A program made the translations under genes and the position numbers. This document shows positions 20,132 through 31,499 of a stretch of DNA of 48,330 bases, piece by piece. How positions within the stretch are numbered: the first letter of the stretch is position 1; each line of letters opens with the position of its first letter. Location of the stretch: the sequence record DRR723986_3491, one strand, 5' to 3'. Below the pieces are notes generated by a model. That model was not told where the DNA came from. It saw only the letters and a list, made by a program, of their open reading frames with translations, and made no database searches.

Positions 20132-22750
20132 ATGGCGAGCTTCCTGCCGAGCTTGTTCCTGCCCTGGTTATGCGGGTTCCTGATTCTCAGGACCCTGGAA
20201 CACCGCTTGCAACCCGAACGCCCCATTCACCTGAGCCGGCAACTGGGTTATGCGTTTTTTGTAGGTTATGCCGGCGTAGCCGCCGTGCTCTACTCTGTTG
20301 ATTACCTGGCGGGAACGCTCGCCCTAGCGCCGATCATCGCTATCCTTGTGGTGCTGGCGCTGAGCGCTGCGGCGGTGGATCGGCTCTGGAAGACAGCTCC
20401 CAATCCACCCGCCGTGGTCCACGGGCCAGCGATCAGCAATCGCCCTGGCCTCACGCTCTACTGGCTTGCCCTTGGGCTCATCGTGCTCCACCTGGCATTG
20501 TCAGCCGTCGAGATTTACTACCGGCCCACGTATGCCTGGGATGCCTGGACCACCTGGGTTTACCGCGCAAAGGCCTGGTACTTCGAGGGCGAGCTTTTCC
20601 AGCTGAGCACTCCGGACGACTGGCTCACCGCCCCGGTTGCCGAGCCGCACACCATGGCGGCTTACCACTACCCTACGTTGCCCTCGGTTATTCACCTGTG
20701 GGCGGCTATCGGGCTGGGCGCCTGGAGTGACACCTGGGTGAACGCTCCCGTGCTGCTGTGCGGTATCGCACTGGCACTGGCCGTGTACGGGGCCTGTCGG
20801 GAAACCGGGTTAAGTCCCGCAGCCAGTATGATCGCGGCCTATCTCCTACTTTCCCTGCCAATCGTGGGCGCCCATATCGCCCTGGGCGGCTACGCCGACA
20901 TCTGGCTGGCGGGATTCACCGGACTGGGATTTATTGCACTGATCAGAGGGTTGATTGGACCCGACCGATACCAGCTTGCGCTGGGCACGGCGTTTCTTGC
21001 GCTCGGCTGTACGGTCAAGGACGAGGGCCTGGCCTGGCTGCTTCTCGGGATACTGCTGGCCATAATCACATTGCTCTCCCAATCCCGCAGGCTTCGCGTG
21101 GTCCTGGCGATCATTGTAGTGGCGCCGCTGGCACTCTGGTTACTCGGCTACCAGGCACTCGAATTACCGCTGCTCGGGAAATTGGGCGTTGATGACGGTT
21201 ACCTCTACATACCATTGCTGAGCAGCTACCAGCTAACCAGCTTCAACGTGCTACCCATCTACGCCAGAAGCTTCCTTGAACGCGGTAGCTGGCATCAGCT
21301 CTGGACTTTGACCGCACTGGCGCTGGCGCTGCTGCCAGTTACTCGATCGAAACGTAGCGCCGCAATCATCGCTGCTTTCTACCTGCTTTTTTCCAGTGCC
21401 CAGCTGCTGATCTTCGGCGCAACGGAAAAAGCCGTGTTCGCCGAGCTCAATACGGCAATAAACCGGCTCTTGATCCACTTCCTGCCGGTGCAGGTCTTCC
21501 TGCTCGCACTGGTATTTTGGGGAGTGGTCAATCGCACGGCAGCAGCCAGGTCTTCCGATGGCAATAATGGCGACCACCATCCCCTACTGGCCTGGTCACT
21601 GGCCGCGGCCTTCGCCCTTAACATTGTTGTTACGGGAATCTACATTGCCGTGAGCGCCAGCACAGGGAGCGGCGCACATCCCGCACCCGGCAGCTTAACA
21701 TTCCCACCATCCCAGTTTTCTCCTGCGATAGGTGGCGGTTACATTGAGAACGACCGGCTGGTTATCAACCGCTTCGACCAGGAAATGGCAATCGCCAGCC
21801 TGCCGGTACCCGGCATCGACACAGCGCACTATCCCGCATTGGCCTATGACCTGGCGATCGAAGGGGGTGGCACCGCCATGTTCTTCTGGCGAAATCGCGA
21901 TGAGCCGGGCGATATTCATATGACGCTGATCGACCCAGGCAATCACAGCACCCTCTACCTCGGTAGCCATCCAGCCTGGGGACAGATAATCACTGAACTG
22001 GGCATCGTTGCCTATGGCAATGAGCAGAGCAGCTACAGACTGAGTCGTCTCGCCTTGCAGGAGATCGGCGATGCCAACCTGGCCCAGATTATTGTTGACG
22101 ACTGGTTTACCCATGAACCAGTCACCCTGAAGTTTATCAACTGGATTGACACCGGACGGCAGCTGCAACTGGTGACCTTGCCTGGCTTTCTCGCTGCTTT
22201 TTTGTTGCTCCTTGCCCTGATTCTGGTGATTACCGGCATGGTCACGAAAGCGCCCCGGGGTTCGTTACTCCGGGTATTCCTTACCGGCGCGCTCATCGCG
22301 TGGCTGCTTTCTGACGCGGCATGGCTCAGAAACCGCCTGGTGCAGGCCGTGGATACCTATCAAAGCTATAGCCCCGGTGGTGACCCGCCTGTTAACCAGC
22401 GCGCCAGTGAGGGCTTCCCCTTCGAACAGAAATCCGGTCTTGTACAGGCTGCCGTGGTGGACCCAGAGGCAGGCGTCATTATCGTGGGGCAGACAGAGCG
22501 CGTCCGGTTTGAGACCGCGCGCCTCGGGTTTACCCTGCTGCCGCTGGAGACCCTGGCTGAACACCAGGGTATCAGGGCCTTACCCAAGGACTGGCGGGGG
22601 TATGTACTGGTGGTGCGAGATTCACGACGAGCCAACGCCGACGTGCTAGCGGAGCTGAAGGCGCACTACCCCGGCGCCATCGATATCGTGCTCGATCAGG
22701 AAGACATCATTCTGGCCCGCGCAGGCTCCACCGGGGAGGCCAGCCCATGA
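20132..22750 (+). CDS. large polytopic membrane protein, putative GT-C glycosyltransferase
   Basis: Many TM segments, loop motif RPTYAWDAWTTW..RAKAW, YPTL, GYAD and KDEGL; beta-rich periplasmic insert. Confidence 0.55.
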   Translation: MASFLPSLFLPWLCGFLILRTLEHRLQPERPIHLSRQLGYAFFVGYAGVAAVLYSVDYLAGTLALAPIIAILVVLALSAAAVDRLWKTAPNPPAVVHGPAISNRPGLTLYWLALGLIVLHLALSAVEIYYRPTYAWDAWTTWVYRAKAWYFEGELFQLSTPDDWLTAPVAEPHTMAAYHYPTLPSVIHLWAAIGLGAWSDTWVNAPVLLCGIALALAVYGACRETGLSPAASMIAAYLLLSLPIVGAHIALGGYADIWLAGFTGLGFIALIRGLIGPDRYQLALGTAFLALGCTVKDEGLAWLLLGILLAIITLLSQSRRLRVVLAIIVVAPLALWLLGYQALELPLLGKLGVDDGYLYIPLLSSYQLTSFNVLPIYARSFLERGSWHQLWTLTALALALLPVTRSKRSAAIIAAFYLLFSSAQLLIFGATEKAVFAELNTAINRLLIHFLPVQVFLLALVFWGVVNRTAAARSSDGNNGDHHPLLAWSLAAAFALNIVVTGIYIAVSASTGSGAHPAPGSLTFPPSQFSPAIGGGYIENDRLVINRFDQEMAIASLPVPGIDTAHYPALAYDLAIEGGGTAMFFWRNRDEPGDIHMTLIDPGNHSTLYLGSHPAWGQIITELGIVAYGNEQSSYRLSRLALQEIGDANLAQIIVDDWFTHEPVTLKFINWIDTGRQLQLVTLPGFLAAFLLLLALILVITGMVTKAPRGSLLRVFLTGALIAWLLSDAAWLRNRLVQAVDTYQSYSPGGDPPVNQRASEGFPFEQKSGLVQAAVVDPEAGVIIVGQTERVRFETARLGFTLLPLETLAEHQGIRALPKDWRGYVLVVRDSRRANADVLAELKAHYPGAIDIVLDQEDIILARAGSTGEASP

Positions 22751-23898
22751 AAGTGCTGCACATTGGCAAGTATTTCCCCCCTTACCGGGGCGGTATGGAG
22801 ACCTACCAGAGGGATCTGATGGTAGCGCTGGGATCACACGGGGTGGATTGCACCGGATTGGTGCATCGCTCCGAGATCAGTCTGCGCTCCACCCGGGAAC
22901 AGTACCGGGAAGGTGACTCGTCATTTGGCGTCACCCGCGCCGCGGTCTGGGCGCGACTGCTGTTCACCCCGATCAGCCCGACGTTTCCGCTCCTGCTGCG
23001 CCAGATGATCCGCCGGGAACAGCCCGATATCCTCCACCTGCACATGCCCAATGTCTCGGTGTTCTGGGCCCTGCTACTACCGAGCGCCCGCAGGCTACCC
23101 TGGGTGGTTCACTGGCAGTCGGACGTACTGGCGTCTGAGCATCACCTGGGACTCAAGCTGTTTTACGCGCTGTATAAGCCGTTTGAGAGCGCCGTGCTAA
23201 AGCGCTGCCGTAAAGTCATCGCCAGCTCGCCCCCCTACCTGGCATCGAGCAAAACGCTGGCACGGTTCCGTGACAAATGCACCGTTATCCCGCTTGGCAT
23301 CCGGCCGTTCCAGGCCAATCAGGCGCCATACCCCCCCAGCGCAAGCGACTCCGCCGAGCCACTGAAGGTACTCGCGGTAGGCCGGCTCGCCTACTACAAG
23401 GGTTTCAAGTACCTCGTGCGCGCCATGGCGGAAGTACCCAACGCACGGCTGGACCTGGTCGGCAGCGGGGAGCAGGAGAGCGAGCTGAGATCACTGATTG
23501 CCAAAGAGGGGCTTTCCGACCGGGTGACCCTGCACGGCCAGCTGGGAGACGAGGAGCTCTGCGCACTGTTGACCAGCTGCGATTGCCTGTGCCTGCCGTC
23601 CATAGAGCGGACAGAGAGCTTCGGAGTGGTCCTGTTGGAGGCCATGAGCTGCGGCAAACCTTGCCTGGTCACGGCCGTGCCCGGTTCCGGGATGAGTTGG
23701 GTGGTGGATGACGGGCAGACCGGACGGGTCGTGACGCCCGCCAGTTCAAGTGATATCGCCGCCGTATTGGGACACTTTGCCGAGGATCGTGATACCATGC
23801 ACGCCTTGGGAGAAGGCGGTAGAGACAAGTTCCTGCGCCAATTTCACATAGATCAATCTGCCGCGAAGGTCGCCTCATTATACGAGTCGATTGGATGA
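22747..23898 (+). CDS. GT4 glycosyltransferase (WbpZ/WbdC-like adaptor transferase)
   Basis: MKVLHIGKYFPP..GG, VGRLAYYKG and PSIERTESFGVVLLEAM motifs. Confidence 0.8.
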   Translation: MKVLHIGKYFPPYRGGMETYQRDLMVALGSHGVDCTGLVHRSEISLRSTREQYREGDSSFGVTRAAVWARLLFTPISPTFPLLLRQMIRREQPDILHLHMPNVSVFWALLLPSARRLPWVVHWQSDVLASEHHLGLKLFYALYKPFESAVLKRCRKVIASSPPYLASSKTLARFRDKCTVIPLGIRPFQANQAPYPPSASDSAEPLKVLAVGRLAYYKGFKYLVRAMAEVPNARLDLVGSGEQESELRSLIAKEGLSDRVTLHGQLGDEELCALLTSCDCLCLPSIERTESFGVVLLEAMSCGKPCLVTAVPGSGMSWVVDDGQTGRVVTPASSSDIAAVLGHFAEDRDTMHALGEGGRDKFLRQFHIDQSAAKVASLYESIG

Positions 23899-24654
23899 GT
23901 GGCGGCAAAGCGTGGCACCGGTATGTCCATGACATCCACACCCTCACGTGACGATTTCCCCACTAACACGGTGGTGTTGATTCCCGCACTCAACGAGGCC
24001 GATGTGATTGGCGCCGTCGTGGCCGATATCCGGCGTCGATATCAACTCCCGGTTATCGTGATTGACGACGCAAGCAGCGATAGCACTATTCATGAAGCCG
24101 AGCGAGCAGGCGCGACCGTCATCCCCCTGTTGACCCGGCTAGGCGCCTGGGGCGCCACCCAGACGGGCCTGCGCTATGCCATGCGACACGGCTATGACCT
24201 CGCCATCAGCATGGATGCCGATGGCCAACACAATGCTTCGGACCTGGCGAACCTCGTGCGCCCGGTAGCCAAAGGAGAGGCCGATGTCAGCATCGGCGCC
24301 TGCACCCGCAGGGGTTCTCTGCTGAGACGAGTGGCGTGGGTAATGATGAAGCGCTCCTCCGGGCTGGCACTCGAGGACGTGACCTCCGGCTTCCGCGCCT
24401 ATAACCGCCGGGCGATCCGACTACTGGCCAACTGGCGCGCAACCTTGCTTGACTACCAGGATATCGGTGTACTTTTGCTCCTGCAGTCCCGTGGTCTGCG
24501 CCTGGTAGACGTACCGGTAATCATGCAGGAGCGGCAAAATGGCAAATCCCGGGTATTCCAATCCTGGCTGATGGTGGGCTATTACATGTGCCACACCCTG
24601 TTACTCGGCGCCTCAAAGCGCCAGCGTAGTGCGGCCGCCGGGGGCGGTATCTAG
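23899..24654 (+). CDS. GT2 polyprenyl-phosphate sugar synthase (Dpm1/GacI/PpgS-like)
   Basis: IPALNE, IDDASSDST, MDADGQH, DVTSGFR and R..GKS motifs; no TM tail. Start may be ATG 23923 or 23929. Confidence 0.8.
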   Translation: MAAKRGTGMSMTSTPSRDDFPTNTVVLIPALNEADVIGAVVADIRRRYQLPVIVIDDASSDSTIHEAERAGATVIPLLTRLGAWGATQTGLRYAMRHGYDLAISMDADGQHNASDLANLVRPVAKGEADVSIGACTRRGSLLRRVAWVMMKRSSGLALEDVTSGFRAYNRRAIRLLANWRATLLDYQDIGVLLLLQSRGLRLVDVPVIMQERQNGKSRVFQSWLMVGYYMCHTLLLGASKRQRSAAAGGGI

Positions 24655-24657
24655 CGC

Positions 24658-26061
<1,404 letters not shown>

Positions 26062-26062
<1 letters not shown>

Positions 26063-26976
26063 TGCCACAGGGCAAGACCTTATTGGTCACGGGGGCGTCC
26101 GGTTTCACCGGGTGTCACCTGATCAGCGCGGCACAGGCGCAGGGCTATCACTGTGTCGCCCTGTGCTCGCATCCTGAGGAAACTGTACCCGGCGCGGAGC
26201 AACGCGTCATCGCCAATCTGCTCGACAGGAGCGCCCTTGAAGCCGCCGTCCTGCAGGCAAATGCCAGCCACGTGATTCACCTCGCGGCAATTTCATTTGT
26301 CGCGCATGAATGCACCAGCGAGCTCTACCAGGTGAACCTGGTAGGCACCCTGAACCTGCTGGATGCCTTACGAAGCGCTGGCAGCGTGCCGGATAAAGTG
26401 ATCCTGGCCAGTAGCGCGAATATCTACGGCAATACCGGCAGCCTCCCTATAACCGAAGAAACTCCCGTACAGCCCGTCAATCACTACGGCGTATCCAAGT
26501 ACGCGATGGAACAAGCGGCGGCCCTGTACACGGAGCTGCCTATCGTTACTGTACGCCCCTTCAACTACACCGGGGTTGGCCAGAGCAGCAACTTCCTGAT
26601 ACCCAAGATCGTCAACGCTTTCCGCAGCGGCAAACAAACCCTGGAGCTGGGCAACCTGGACGTGGCGCGCGACTTTTCTGACGTCCGGGACGTGGTGCAC
26701 GCTTATCTAAGGCTACTCGAGGCGCCAATACAGCATCGCGTATACAACACCTGTTCGGGCAAAGCGACAAGCCTGATGGAGATCGTCAACATACTCGAGT
26801 CACTCGCGGGCTATGACATCGCGGTAAGCACCAACCCGGCCTTTGTGCGCTCGGATGAGATAAAGGTGCTTTACGGCTCCCCGGCCAGGCTGGAGTCATG
26901 CATCGGCCAATTTCAGCAGTTTCCGCTGGCAGAGACGCTGGCGTGGATGCTGAGCAACGGCAATGGGTCGCCTTGA
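26062..26976 (+). CDS. rmd: GDP-4-keto-6-deoxy-D-mannose reductase (GDP-D-rhamnose synthesis)
   Basis: TGASGFTG, HLAAISFV, SSANIYG, HYGVSK, RPFNYTG and GNLDVARDFSDVRD motifs; coupled to gmd. Confidence 0.75.
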
Positions 26977-28174
26977 AATGCGACTGGTGATGGGCGGCGA
27001 GTCACTGCAGGGGCCACTCACAGGTATAGGGCAGTATGCCTGTCACCTGGCAAAAGAGATGCTGGCGAGGGAAGATCTCGAAGACTTCCAGTTTTTCGTT
27101 CACGGGCGCCTGCACAGCCCACAGGAATTGATGACGCCTTCCGCTCCCATAGCACAAAAGAACAGCGCCACTGGTCCTCGACCATTTAATATCAACCAAC
27201 TTGTGGGCAACATACGATCCATTGTCGCAAAGAGTACAACCGCGGTTGCCGTCTACGAGTGGTTGATGCCAATCATGGAACGCAGAGCGCTGCGCCATTA
27301 CGCGAAAGATGACGTCTTTCACTCACCCAATTACATGCTGCCCGATTTTCCCGGTAGAAGAATCGTCTCCATCCTCGACTTGTCCACCTACCGCTTTCCG
27401 GAGCAGCACCCTGAAGCCCGCGTTAGCTTCGTGAACCAACACATCGAGCGCGCCATAGAATCTGCTGATCACATTATTACCATCAGCAATCTCGTAAAGA
27501 ATGAAATTGTCGAGCGATTTGCCTTCCCGGCCGAGCGCATTACTGTAACCTATCTCGGCGCTGACGAGGCTTTCAGGCCGCTGACTGATGCGGCGTTTGA
27601 CGAGAAGAGCCGCGGGACGAACCTCGTTTACAAGGGTTACTTTCTGTTCGTTTCCAGCATCGAACCCCGCAAAAACCTCAGCCGCTTGCTGGATGCCTAC
27701 CTCGAGTACAGAGAAGGCGCCGAAGGCCCAGCGATACCCCTGATCGTTACCGGCATACCAGGCTGGAAGAGTGATAATGAGCACCAACGGCTCAAGCATT
27801 TGGAAGCACGGGGCATGGTGCGCTATCTGGGCTACGTGAGTCAGGAGATGCTGCCAATCCTTATTGCGGGCGCAACCGCATTGGTGTATCCCTCACTTTA
27901 TGAGGGTTTTGGCTTACCGGTACTCGAGGCCATGCAGAGTGGCACCGCCGTCATTACCTCTCGAGGAACCTCGATGGCAGAGATAGGCGGTGACGCCGTA
28001 AGGCTGGTTGACGCCGAGAGCGTCGACTCCATCGCTATGGCCATCGCAGAACTAAGCAAAGCGACTGACGCGCGCGATAGTTTGGAAAAGAAGGGATTGC
28101 AACAGGCGCAACTTTTCAGCTGGAGCCGCTGTGCGGAGGAAACTTTCTCTGCCTACATGCGAACCGTCAATTGA
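26963..28174 (+). CDS. GT4 glycosyltransferase (WbpY/WbdB-like)
   Basis: PLTGIGQY, SIEPRKN and PSLYEGFGLPVLEAM motifs. Alternative start ATG 26978. Confidence 0.85.
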   Translation: MGRLEMRLVMGGESLQGPLTGIGQYACHLAKEMLAREDLEDFQFFVHGRLHSPQELMTPSAPIAQKNSATGPRPFNINQLVGNIRSIVAKSTTAVAVYEWLMPIMERRALRHYAKDDVFHSPNYMLPDFPGRRIVSILDLSTYRFPEQHPEARVSFVNQHIERAIESADHIITISNLVKNEIVERFAFPAERITVTYLGADEAFRPLTDAAFDEKSRGTNLVYKGYFLFVSSIEPRKNLSRLLDAYLEYREGAEGPAIPLIVTGIPGWKSDNEHQRLKHLEARGMVRYLGYVSQEMLPILIAGATALVYPSLYEGFGLPVLEAMQSGTAVITSRGTSMAEIGGDAVRLVDAESVDSIAMAIAELSKATDARDSLEKKGLQQAQLFSWSRCAEETFSAYMRTVN

Positions 28175-28251
28175 CCTGAGACTACGGCATTGAATCACTT
28201 ACGAAGAACAATGACGCAAGGCCGAACCGGATCAGTTGCGGAGCTACATGC

Positions 28252-29046
28252 ATGCCCTTAATGCTCAAAGCTCTCTGGCAGTACCGCCACTTTATATTGC
28301 GCTCGATACGGAACGAATTCACGTCACGCTTTGCTCGCAGCAAGTTCGGTGGAGCATGGGCAATCCTCAACCCATTGGCGCAAGTGGCGATTTATGCCTT
28401 GATACTATCTAATTTACTCCAAGCTAAACTCCCCGGTATCGACAGCCAGTATTCATTTGCGATTTACCTGACTGCGGGCATGCTCTGCTTCAACTTGTTT
28501 TCTGAAATAGTATCGCGCGGCCTTAACGTATTTATTGCCAATGGCAACTTGATAAAGAAGGCCATGTTCCCCAAGGTGGTATTACCCGCGATCATGGTTG
28601 GCAGCTGCTTACTGGACAACGTTCTGTTATTTGTGGCCATATTAATCATCTTCGCACTACTGGGGCATATGCCGGGCATTGAGATAGTCTGGCTGCCGTT
28701 GCTGGCCGCGGTAATCACAACCTTCGCCTTGGCAATAGGCCTTATCCTCGGCATTCTTAACGTATTCTTGCGGGATATCGCACAGGTAGTACCTATCATC
28801 TTACAAGTCCTATTCTGGTTCACCCCAATCGTATACCCAGTATCAATCATACCGGAGAGGTACCATCACTACCTGTATCTCAATCCGCTGTATCCACTGG
28901 TGAGTTCTTACCAGAACATCTTGGTTTTTTCGGAAAAACCTGAACTGTTATCTGTTGCCGTGATAACGCTGGCGAGCCTGCTATTGTTGATACTTGCCCT
29001 TTTCCTGTTCTTCAGGGCATCGGAAGAAATGGCTGACGTGTTATGA
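28252..29046 (+). CDS. wzm: O-antigen ABC transporter permease
   Basis: Six TM segments, G..WAILNPL, RDIAQ and FWFTPIVYP...LNPL motifs. Confidence 0.92.
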   Translation: MPLMLKALWQYRHFILRSIRNEFTSRFARSKFGGAWAILNPLAQVAIYALILSNLLQAKLPGIDSQYSFAIYLTAGMLCFNLFSEIVSRGLNVFIANGNLIKKAMFPKVVLPAIMVGSCLLDNVLLFVAILIIFALLGHMPGIEIVWLPLLAAVITTFALAIGLILGILNVFLRDIAQVVPIILQVLFWFTPIVYPVSIIPERYHHYLYLNPLYPLVSSYQNILVFSEKPELLSVAVITLASLLLLILALFLFFRASEEMADVL

Positions 29047-30329
29047 CGGCGCTTAGTGTGCGGAATATAGGCAAGTCATTCCGGAGTTACCGCTCCGAGC
29101 TCGACCGTTTTGCGGGCTGGTTTGGACTGCGATCAAAGTCCGCAGAAGAGCATTGGATTTTGCGTAATATTAATTTTGATGTTCACCCTGGCGAGGCCAT
29201 CGGCATCGTCGGCCAGAATGGCGCAGGGAAAAGCACCTTACTAAAAATCATAACCGGAACGCTTTCCCCGACTGAAGGCTCTGTACAAATCAATGGCAGA
29301 GTGGCCGCGATTCTGGAATTGGGCATGGGCTTTAACGGTGAACTCACAGGAAGAGAAAATGCGTTTCATGCCGCAGGACTCATGGGCTTTGATCAGCAAC
29401 AGATCAAACACGTTATGCCGGAGATCGAAGAATTTGCTGAGATTGGCGAATACTTCGATGAGCCCATGCGCATATACTCCAGTGGCATGCATATGCGTGT
29501 GGCCTTCGCTGTTGCAACGGCTTACCGACCTGAATTGCTTATTATCGATGAAGCTTTGTCCGTTGGTGACGCTGCCTTTGCTCGAAAGTGCTTTCAGCGT
29601 ATCGAGCAGTTTCTCGAATCAGGGACCACGCTACTTTTCGTCAGCCACGATGTAGAATCTGTAAAGAGGCTCTGTGAAAAAGCAGTGTTCATCAAGAGCG
29701 GCGAACTCTCTAAATTTGGTAACGTGAAGGCTGTTTGTGATGCTTACGAAAAAAGCCTTTTTTGCGGAGTAGAACATGAAGAAATCAGCGACGAAGAGAA
29801 CACTGCCCTTATTGATCCGTCTCTTATTTCGAATACTATAGAAAACAAATATGGAGATGGAGCGGCTCGCATCGAAGTTGTTAAATTTTTTGATCAGCTG
29901 TCCCGACCAATCAATCTGCTATCTTCTCAGAAAGAATTTCAGGTAGTTATGGAGGTATTTTTTGTTGATGACTGCCGTGGCGTTGTGTTTGGGATGATGC
30001 TAAAAACAATAGAGGGAATACCGGTCTACGCGACACACACCACGGAGCATGACGTTAGGAACTGTTTCAGAGCCGGCGAGCGCATAAAAATGACTTTTTT
30101 CCTCGAGAATAATTTGGCCCCGGGTGTCTACTGCCTGAATGTTGGGGTTACACATAGTGTGTTAAACGAAAATCGGCACGCTGAACGCCGGCTAGACTGT
30201 TTAATGCTGAAGGTTACATGCAACTCAGATCAAAGAGTTGTCTCCGGTTATGCGAATTTGCGGGGCCAATTCATTCTAAGTAGCTCACCATCGACAATTC
30301 ATTCATCGCTGGCATCGGGCGAGCCTTGA
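29043..30329 (+). CDS. wzt: O-antigen ABC transporter ATPase with C-terminal carbohydrate-binding module
   Basis: GQNGAGKST, YSSGM, IIDEALSVGD and VSHD motifs; ~170 aa Wzt_C-type extension (YGDG.ARI...LAPGVY). Confidence 0.92.
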   Translation: MTALSVRNIGKSFRSYRSELDRFAGWFGLRSKSAEEHWILRNINFDVHPGEAIGIVGQNGAGKSTLLKIITGTLSPTEGSVQINGRVAAILELGMGFNGELTGRENAFHAAGLMGFDQQQIKHVMPEIEEFAEIGEYFDEPMRIYSSGMHMRVAFAVATAYRPELLIIDEALSVGDAAFARKCFQRIEQFLESGTTLLFVSHDVESVKRLCEKAVFIKSGELSKFGNVKAVCDAYEKSLFCGVEHEEISDEENTALIDPSLISNTIENKYGDGAARIEVVKFFDQLSRPINLLSSQKEFQVVMEVFFVDDCRGVVFGMMLKTIEGIPVYATHTTEHDVRNCFRAGERIKMTFFLENNLAPGVYCLNVGVTHSVLNENRHAERRLDCLMLKVTCNSDQRVVSGYANLRGQFILSSSPSTIHSSLASGEP

Positions 30330-31027
30330 TGATCCTTGTAATAGCAGGAATGTACAGGAGTGGGTCGACGTTTACTTTCAATGTAGCGAAAGAGCTACTT
30401 GGTGGTGCTGAAAAGACCACCTGGGAAAGCGCAAATTCTATCAGTGACCAATATCAACCTGACAATGAAAGTGCTAAACACATATTAAAATCGCATGAGC
30501 CGGACGAGACAATCACAAAAAAAATCGTCACCGGTGAAACAAAATGTATTTGCACGATAAGAAGACCGGAAGATGCAGCTCTGTCCTTAATGAGAATTTT
30601 TGATTTTGATCTAGACGTGTCCTGCGACATGATCGCCCGGTGGTGTAAATGGCACCGAAAAGTTGCCCCTTACTGCCTTAACATAGAGTTCCAAGAGATT
30701 GAAACTGAAGCTAGAAATACTATTAGAAAAATAAACGAATTTTTGAAAACGGACCGGCCCTTCATTGAGCAATATCGTATCTGGAGGAATTACCGTAAAT
30801 CTGCAGTATTGTCTTATAGCAATGCAATAGATCGAGCATCAGAAAGAACAGAGGACTTTGGTTTCAGTTTTTATGATCGTGAAACATTCTTTCATCGACA
30901 GCATGTTACGTCGTTAAAGTCGGCTAAGGCTATAGAGCATCTCACAGCCCATCAGCTTGCCGCCATGCGATCAAAATTCGAGAAATATATCGATCATACT
31001 GGAGATTACAAATGGCCCGAATCATAA
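30326..31027 (+). CDS. sulfotransferase-like P-loop protein
   Basis: N-terminal AGMYRSGST (5'-PSB-like loop), KSH, and IRRPEDAALS (3'-PB-like R...S). Confidence 0.6.
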   Translation: MMILVIAGMYRSGSTFTFNVAKELLGGAEKTTWESANSISDQYQPDNESAKHILKSHEPDETITKKIVTGETKCICTIRRPEDAALSLMRIFDFDLDVSCDMIARWCKWHRKVAPYCLNIEFQEIETEARNTIRKINEFLKTDRPFIEQYRIWRNYRKSAVLSYSNAIDRASERTEDFGFSFYDRETFFHRQHVTSLKSAKAIEHLTAHQLAAMRSKFEKYIDHTGDYKWPES

Positions 31028-31499
31028 GGCATGGTCCATGTAATCTTTAGAAAGGCAAAGTCCATTCTTGGTTATAGATTTGCTTGTATCTGGTAGAGGA
31101 GCAATGAAAAATATAGATACCAAGGGTTAGCACCATCCGATGCGGTTTGGGTTTGAAACACTTAATGCAGCGGCGAGGATTTTTAACATAGTTAACACTG
31201 ATCAACCTCTTTTTGCCCGCAGTCAGTGGAACGATGCAAAGTTTAGTATTGAGAGAAATGGGATAACGTGAACTTTAATTTTTCTCCGTACTCGTTTATA
31301 GACATACGGCAAGTTATAGAATCTGACTGAAGAAAAACTAGTATGCAGTAGGCTCGTAGGAGGAAGTAGTAACCTTAGGAATAGAAATCTTTACCCTTTC
31401 TCCATTTTTCCTTTTGCTGCACTAACATGCTCCGTCTAGAGAACTGGCTCAAATATAGGTGTATTTCCTTCAAACAGTTGTTCTATTGGATTTTCCATA

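Noticed and set aside
23331-23337. C7 tract in GT4 (also G7 at 19252-19258 and A8 at 30517-30524) as phase-variation sites
   Set aside because: The tracts are short, all ORFs are intact, and equal-length runs occur in housekeeping amgK.
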